A stretch of 64,000 nucleotides of DNA, from contig JBEWZL010000077.1 in assembly GCA_045837725.1 (NCBI GenBank), positions 186,001-250,000 of the forward strand, read 5' to 3'. Below are positions 56,621 through 64,000 of the stretch, piece after piece. Position 1 is the first letter of the stretch. Each line of letters opens with the position of its first letter. Made by a program: the position numbers and the translations under genes. The notes under the pieces are model-generated. The model saw nothing but the letters and a program-made list of their open reading frames with translations. It was not told the origin of the DNA and searched no databases. This DNA is from Vermamoeba vermiformis (Eukaryota).

Positions 56621-56854
56621 ACAAACGTTTTGCCGTTCAGTGAAAAAATACCCGCCAAACGACCGTTACCGAAACTGACTCCAAGGGTTTCATTATTTAC
56701 AAATGTCGACAGTTGGACGCAACGCTCCTCGTTCACCAAAGGTGAACTTTTTACAATTAAAATCTCCTACGCGAGTTAACTCCGACCTGTGCAATCTGTT
56801 GGCTGATGCGTCACAGTAAGCGAACAAAAGAATATATAGGTATTAATTTTAATT

Positions 56855-57262
56855 ATGGTAAATAGAAAACGAACAAATGCCAAGTCATACCGAAAGAGAC
56901 CAAAGTACTTCAGAGATCAAACGGTAAACAAGATCACAGTCATGTCCACGACATTAGACACCATCAACAAGCAATCAAAGCCCGTTGAAAACCATGTCCT
57001 TAATCACGAAGAGAAGAGGGCTAAAGTCATTGAAGTGGAGGGCAATTTGAAGGAGTTCATTGCGCATTTGGACGATTACGTCATTCCAGAGCAGGGTGTG
57101 ACACCAAGCAAGTTCCAAAATTCGCCTACTGCGCCAAAAGTACTTGCAGATAGGACTAATATGCCGATATCACCAATGGCCGCAAAGTTGTCGCACAAGA
57201 AAAGTACCCAGCCTGCTAAATCCAGCTCCAACTCGCTGCAAGTACCTCGTCGCAAGCGATGA
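56855..57262 (+). CDS. Hypothetical small basic protein
   Basis: Uninterrupted 135-aa ORF downstream of a TATA-like sequence; SP/TP sites, KVLADRTN, terminal RRKR. Confidence 0.5.
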   Translation: MVNRKRTNAKSYRKRPKYFRDQTVNKITVMSTTLDTINKQSKPVENHVLNHEEKRAKVIEVEGNLKEFIAHLDDYVIPEQGVTPSKFQNSPTAPKVLADRTNMPISPMAAKLSHKKSTQPAKSSSNSLQVPRRKR

Positions 57263-57406
57263 GTGACCCAATAACAATATGCATGTAAATATATCACGTA
57301 CCAGTTCGACATCGACGAGTGTCTGTCGAACGACATTTTTCTTCATTTGTAAATTTCAGTAAAAGATTCAGTCAAATTATCACAGTGCAATTGACAACCA
57401 CAGCAG

Positions 57407-58109
57407 ATGGGTCGATTTTATTCAACATCATGGGACCCACGGCTAATTATATCACAGATTGTCCTTATTCAATGCGCACACTACATCCTTCTCGGAGTTT
57501 TTCTGTGGATTATGGACGGCATGGCGCAACGCCCTTTAACAATGGATCAAATATTTAATTACAAAGAAATTGACTTTTCGCCGAGTGGGACAGTAACCAC
57601 CATCAGTTTCTTGTTAACTTCATTAGTTGGGTAAGTTAATTCAATTTTTTCGTTTTTCGTAACAAAATACTACTACACGCTCCCTAGCAATAATAATGGC
57701 AAACGTAAATATATTAATTCACGTTGCAATATTATTTGTTTTATTGGAAGCATAATAATGAAATAGCGATTGAAGATCGTGCTTGAAAACTCCGTCGATT
57801 TTCATCAAATTATCCCGAGTTCTTCTACGAGCAGTTACTACTAGCGACAGACTGATATTAACTTTACAATGCAGGAGTGTGTCCGTAGTGTGGGCAGTAG
57901 AGCGAGCCAAGAAAGTGTTGGACTTCAGCGCGACGGTGCATATAGTGCATATGCTACTGACCACGCTGTGGGCTGGCTTCCCCGTGAGCTGGGAGTGGTG
58001 GCTCGTACACGTGCTGGGCGTGTTCACGCAGACCTTGCTGGGCGAGTACTTGGCATTCCGCATGTACGAGATGCACGACATTCCACTCGGCAACCTCGTC
58101 AACTTGTAA
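57407..58109 (+). CDS. SYS1: Golgi trafficking protein SYS1
   Basis: WDPRLIISQIV..QC.HY; VERAKKVLDF..TVH..H; WEWW; LGEYL. Confidence 0.93.
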
Positions 58110-58234
58110 ATATCTCGGACCACTTCACAGGTCCTGCTTTTTTGTACATAAACTCGATTTGACATCACTGAGACAGCTATTGTACGAGACTAGCAGAGAC
58201 ATTATATATATGTACAATAGAGTTTATGTTGGTA

Positions 58235-58887
58235 CTAGACATCGTTGACAGCAATGCGCGACACGAGGGCAGTGAGCAGCGAGTTGGTATTCAGTTCGGT
58301 CTCGCTAATGTCCTTGAAGTGTGCTTTGATCGCGGTCATATTCGCGTGTTGGCCTATCAGTGCTGGACTCAGTTCTGTTCCGCGCACCAGTGTGCGGATC
58401 TGTTGGACACGTGCATCATCGGCATCGAATACGACCACAATAAGGTGTTTCATCGTGTTGTTGGTTAGGCCGAATTTTCTGAGACTAGCAGTAATCTAAT
58501 ACAGCGGTGTAAGCGATGAGAAATGCGCGAGAATGATAGATCTGGCTTACATTCTTGTCCGCGGCTAATTTATACACCAACTCGGCGTGAATATCGTGTG
58601 TTTTCATAGTGTTAGTTTTTTCGGCACTAAGGGCATGAATGGCAGCGACTAAGATTTGAAAATCGCCTGCAATCTGAATTTTGAAACATGAATTTTAAAA
58701 ATTATTCAATTCAGTAACATATATAATCACTTACATAGTCTGCGTTTATAAGGCCAAATCGAATTTGTTTGTTAATTAGCAGATTTTTAATTTCAGCAAT
58801 ATTCGGCACGTCCTCGAATAAAAACAAAGACAATGTTCTGCCTGGGAACATTTCTAATTGCACTGTTTTATGTTCAATGGCACTCAT
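58235..58887 (-). CDS. CGI121: KEOPS/EKC complex subunit CGI121 (TPRKB)
   Basis: LFLFEDVPN; IAGDFQILVAAIHAL; MKTHDIHAELVYKL; IKAHFKDISETEL..L..LVSRIA. Confidence 0.85.
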
Positions 58888-59029
58888 TGTGGTCGTTACT
58901 ATTGCTATTGTGTTGAATACCTTTTTTTGCGCAATTTGTCCTCTGCGCCACGTGCTCTGCGAATTCTTCAGACGTTAAATTGAATTATGATTTATGTTAA
59001 TGGTACAATGCCTTAAAATACACTCGTGC

Positions 59030-62000
59030 TTATTGACTACTAGTGGCAGTAGTAGCAGTGCTAGTCGCTGGTTTTTTCTTCAAAATTTCATCCAAAAACT
59101 CAACCGCAAGTTTTCTGATCGCATTTTGTCGCTGCGGCGTGATTTTCTGCGCAATATTGTTAGTACTTGATGGACAGGTAACGCGCATGATCAACATACC
59201 GAGAATGAAGTGCACTCAGTGAGTCCACCAAAACCAATAGTCTTGAGGTACTTTTTGTTGATCTTCTGATCCGGTCCAATGCTGACCATTTCATAGGAGA
59301 AGATGATCTTCAAGACCTGAATCACTGCTTCGATCACTTCTGGGTTCGTAGACTTGATGATGAACTGCTCCATCTTGGGCAACAACATGTCGTAGGTGAT
59401 GGGCAGTGCTTGCGGTATTTGCAGTCCACCCTCGCGCAGTGATTTGAGAATGAACAGTGTCTCGTGCTCTTTCTCCGAGTCTGCCAAGTTGATGCCCAGC
59501 ATCGCGAACAAGAGCGCGGCGTAGTTGAGATCGGGCACGAGATTTTGCGTGAAGAAGAACGGTCCCGTGTTGCCGAGCTGTGCCTGAGCGAGGGCCTGTT
59601 CAATGTTGAAGCCGCGCAGTGTGGCCGCCTCCGCAGTGAATGCAGCAGACGCGGTGTACGTCTCGCGCAGTGTTTGACGCTCTTCGTCGGACATGACGGG
59701 CAGCAATACCGAGAGATAGCCCAACAAGTCCATGCTGTAGCCACTCACGGGCAACATCTTGTTCGAGACTTGCACCAGTGTCATCAACAGCCGACTCGTC
59801 TTGGTCTTGGTCGCGGATTCTTTCACACCTTTCAACAAGTGCGCGGCCACTGCAAAGCTGAATGAGGTCTCCCAGCTGATGCCCGTGATTGCGTCTAGTT
59901 GTTTCAACACGTGCGCGAATGGGCCAGTGCGTCTGATCTCCATCATCACCGCACTCAGACTGCGACTCTCGAGCAGACCACTCTCGTCCACGCTGCGAAT
60001 AATGGCTTCGAGCAGTGTAATGGCCTCGGCGAACAACTTCTGATCGGAGACTTGCACGAGACACACGACGAGCCAGAACATGGGCGCGTAGTACTTGGAC
60101 TGCGGGGTGATGTAGGGCATCAAGCGACCAAGACAGGTGAGCAGCGCTGTGACGAGCTCTTGATCTGCGTCATCAGCTGCAGGATTGGTGTTCGTGTTGT
60201 TGATGTTGATCACGTTGTTCATGGCCTTGCGCAGTGCAAAGAGCAGTCTCTCGAGCAAGTAGTCGTCCACTGAGTGCTGCAACAGCGCTCCCAACACCAC
60301 AAAGGCACGTGGTTGTAGCGCAATGTTTTCAGTGAATGCCGTGGTGATGGTGAGTGACAGCCAGCGCGTGAGGTACTGATTGGTCCTCGCAGAATTGAGC
60401 AAGCAGTTGAGCACGGAGTAGAGTGCATCGGCCACTGTTTGCAGGGTGCTGACATTCACCTTGGCGGGACGCGGCTCATTCTCAGCCTTGGTCTCGAAAG
60501 GATTGATCTTCTGTCCTGCAATGCCGAACAAGAGTCTGAACTGTGCCTCACCGAACTCATTGATCTTCTCGCTGAGTGCCTCCAAGGGCACTGATTGCGA
60601 GTTCATGGCCGTGTAGAGCGAGTGCACCGTGTTGACGAGCAGGCAGTAGGTGGAGATGCGCACCGTGGAGGCACCAGTGCCCATGAGCATCATCACCAAG
60701 TGGAACAGCTCGGGCAAGTAGTGCGTGACGGAGATGAGATTGGCAAAACTCAAATTGAGCACGAGACGTTGCAGCACAGTGATAGCAGGCCACAACTGAT
60801 GCGCTGCCAACGAGTCGCGGGGCTGAGCAGCGGTCTCGTTGAGTTTGTTCATGAGGCGCGTGATCATCTTGCCGGCAATGAACTGCGAGTTCTGCGAGGC
60901 GAGTGTGATGAGAATGTCGCCCAGCACGACCAGTTCAGGACTGTTCAGCGCGGTGGTCACTGCTTTCTTCATCAGCACATCGAGCACGATCTCGAGTGTG
61001 TCGTAGCTCGTGTTGCCGATCTTCTCCCAGGCCTTGGTCAGCACGGCAGGACGAATCTGAAATTGACAGGTGTCAAACATGTCACATCGAGTGACTGTGC
61101 ATTCAACTTACCATGGTCTCTTTGATAGTGAAGTCCATCAGCGAGGCAATGAACTCGCGCACCTTCTCGGCCTTGTGCGTAAACTGTGAAAGATTGGGCA
61201 GCCAGGGTGAGATGTAGTCGAGACACGAGAGCTTGGTCTCAGGGGTGACACGCTTCATATTGGCGACACTCTCCAACAGGAATTCGAGGGTCAGCTTGGT
61301 CTCAGTCTCCGCCAGTCGCTTGCTCATGTTCGTGACAAAGTGCGAGCTGCTGTTTGGAATGCACAGCCCATTCGTCTTGAGCAGTGCGACGTGCACGGAG
61401 AAGTTGAATGACTTGGCGAGCGCATTGAGCAAGTTGTACGCAGATTCGCGCAGTGGCACCGTGTTGTAGCCGACTGTGACGAGATTGAGCAGCGCCATGT
61501 TGAGCAACAGACCCGGCACATCGCCTGGACCCTTGAGCTGACTGTTGTTGTTGGCCAGTGAGCCAGGCTGCGACGTCATCTCGTAGCCGCGCTTGATGGA
61601 GAGAATGGCCTGCACAATCTCATCGGCCTGTCCACTCTGAGGGGTGCGGAAGGTGATGGATTCGAGTCCACTCTGCTCGTACTTGAGCTGGAACTCTTGA
61701 TCGTTGTTGGACGGTCTCAGCGCATCGACCACCATGCTGATGTGCACCGTGTTCACAATGGCGGCTTGATGGCCCCAGTAGTTGGCGGGCTTGTTGCTGA
61801 TCATCACCAGCGAGCTCTTGTTGATGCGCAGGGTCCACTCACTCGATGCACCTGCACGACCGCGCTTCTGCACTACAAAGCTGTGACGCATCTCGTTCTC
61901 CATGGCCAGTGTGCTGCTCGGCAGACCAGTCTCGCTTGCATCGGGCAACAGCCGCACAAACTCCTTGACCGAGTTGAAGAAAACGAATCGCTTGGCCACC

Positions 62001-64000
62001 TTGTCGACATTCTTGCCCAGCTTGCTGGCAAAGTCGCGGAACTGACGATTGGGGTGCAAGAAGTAGATGTGCTTGAGGCTGTTCTTGGCTTGGTACGGGA
62101 AGTGTTCGATCACCTTGCGCATCAGGCGGATGTCGACTTCGCTCTCTTTGCTGAAGAAAGTCAGATCCACCACAATCGAGAGGGGCTTGTCGAGGTGTGG
62201 CTCGAGTGTCTTGAACACGTAGTACAAGAACACGTCGCTGTCAGGCAGTGTGCGCGCACTGAGTCTGCTGCTGATGAGATAGAACAGCGTGTGACCCTCT
62301 TTGTTCGTGCCCTGACGATAGAAGATGCGCTTGTCACGCACGGCATCGGTGTTGGTGCCCTCCATGTTCTCCATGAAGGTGAGGAACTTGTCGTTGTTGG
62401 ACTGCTCCGTGTTGTCGCCCTGATTGCGTGCGCGGTAGTGCTGTTGCTTGGCCTCGGGCGGATCACCGAGCTTGCTGAGCAGTTGTTGCAGACGCGCTTC
62501 GACATTCTGCTTGGCCTTCCACTGAATCAAGATCTTGGAGATGGGGTCGCTGTTGCTGATCAAGTGGCGGTGAATGGCACCGAGATCTTCTTCGCGCTGT
62601 GCCTCGCTGATCGAGGGCACGAAGGACTTGCCCGCCGTGAGGGGCTTGGGGACCGCGTATTTGTCGAAGAGCTGCTCCATGGTGCTGATATTGGCCTGGA
62701 TGAAGCTGTTCATGTCCATCATGTAGGGCTCTTTCTGGAAGATCTGCAAGTTGGCGAGATTCTGCAGCACTTTGGTGACGAGAATGAGACCGCGCACGAG
62801 TGACTGCGAGGGCACATCTTCCACCAGGCCAAAGTTGCGCGGTGCGACAATGGCGGGACAGAAGAAGCGCAAGAACATGAGTCCACCGACGGCTGTGCGC
62901 TGAATCATGCGGATGTTGCTGCTCGGTGACGGCGTGCTGTTGGGATTGGCTTTCACTGCACCAGGACGCACAGGACTCGGTGACTTGGGTGCTGCACCTG
63001 CGGGCACAGAGCCTGAGTTGGTGAGTGGTCTGGACGGCTGTGCAGTGTTGGGTGTGACAGGGGTGACGGGGGTCTCCGTGGGCTCGCTGGGCATGAACGT
63101 GGCAGTCAGCGGATTGGTACCACTCGTGCCGAATCCACCAGTGATGGGCTGTGGCGTGCCAGTCTCAAATCTCTCTTTGACTTTGAGCGAGAGATAGTGA
63201 CACAGCTCGCACAGTTGTCTGTCGGGCACACAGTTAGAGCGGGTGTGGTACCGCTACTAGCGAGGGACTTACGGGGGACAGGCATCGAGCGAGGAGATGA
63301 TGGACTTGAGGAACATATTTGACACATCGTTAATGTTCTTCATATTAGCCTCTCGGTTCTGGCCGGGTGTGAGTTTGGTTGGATCCACTTCAAAATCGAG
63401 CGGCGTTTGCAAGAGATACTCGAGGGGCTTGCTGAGTGTGTCTTTGAGGTACTGCGAGCCAATCAGCTTGGTGTACGCAGCCATCAACTTGGTGGCCACA
63501 CTGTTGCGGCGGAACAATGTGTTCGGGGACTCGGTCTTGGAAATCTCCGTGCTGATTGCCATTTTTAGCAATCGCAGCGTGAATGACTGGCCCTCATCAT
63601 GAGCAGCTTGTGGTACAGTGCCAGGCGACTGATTGAGTGCAGCCGTGTCCGCGTGACTGGCAGTGTAGGCCTCGCACATGCTGACCAACACGCGCGTGAC
63701 GTCATCAGCCTCGGTGATCTGAATCACTTGCAGCAGCGCTTGAATCACTAGCATGTTCTGTTCGAACAGCAGCTCGAGCAGGGCCTCGTACTTGTCGCGC
63801 AAGTCCTCTTCGCCCTTGTCGAACTCAGCGCCCTGATCGAGAATGTTGGTGATCACCTTCAAGAAGGCTCTGCGCGTGTCAATGTCGTCGTGATAGCCCA
63901 TCTGCGAGAAGTACTCGAGGGCACTGCTCACATTGGCACTCAGCAAGTGACTCAGCGACATGATCGTGTACTTGACGAGCTGCTTGGGCTTGTTGATCTG
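59030..64000 (-). CDS. NF1: Neurofibromin-like RasGAP (5' part lies outside the window)
   Basis: LLSANV..ALEY, TLFRRNSVATK (arginine finger), FLRFFCPAIVAP, KVLQNLAN; Sec14-like and PH-like region; DVPGLLLNMALLNL, LRESAYNLL, LTLEFL, PWLPNL; NF1 C-terminal helical region. Confidence 0.95.

Noticed and set aside
61697-62803. 368-aa plus-strand ORF and other long ORFs opposite NF1 and ABCC
   Set aside because: Antisense artefacts of GC-rich codon usage; no recognisable motifs

Overview
This is eukaryotic nuclear DNA, gene-dense (about 31 protein-coding genes in 64 kb), with many short GT-AG introns and very short intergenic spacers. An NF1-type RasGAP, a RhoBTB, F-box/LRR genes and N/Q-rich linkers suggest a free-living amoeboid protist; this is inference only. 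Most genes are housekeeping: RS-cyclophilin, EMC5, Nnf1, PI synthase, RPAIN, ABCC transporter, Ran, PME-1, CCAR1, eS26, RCE1, PP4c, eL38, SYS1, CGI121 and NF1. The main highlight is a compact pantothenate (vitamin B5) locus. A PanB-PanE fusion gene with an apparent mitochondrial presequence lies head-to-head with PanC across a 287-bp spacer that holds a quasi-palindromic double-CACGTG element. Other points of interest are a 1.8-kb DNA transposon (about 83-bp TIRs, 8-bp TSD) in a bidirectional promoter, a PA-domain/7TM receptor-like gene, a CCCH/NCOA5-like/NZF/MYND protein, several apparent pseudo-enzymes, a promoter module shared by two ribosomal-protein genes, and recurrent tandem GATC motifs in non-coding DNA. 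Gene models were spliced by eye, so boundaries are approximate, and family assignments come from motif recognition, not database searches.
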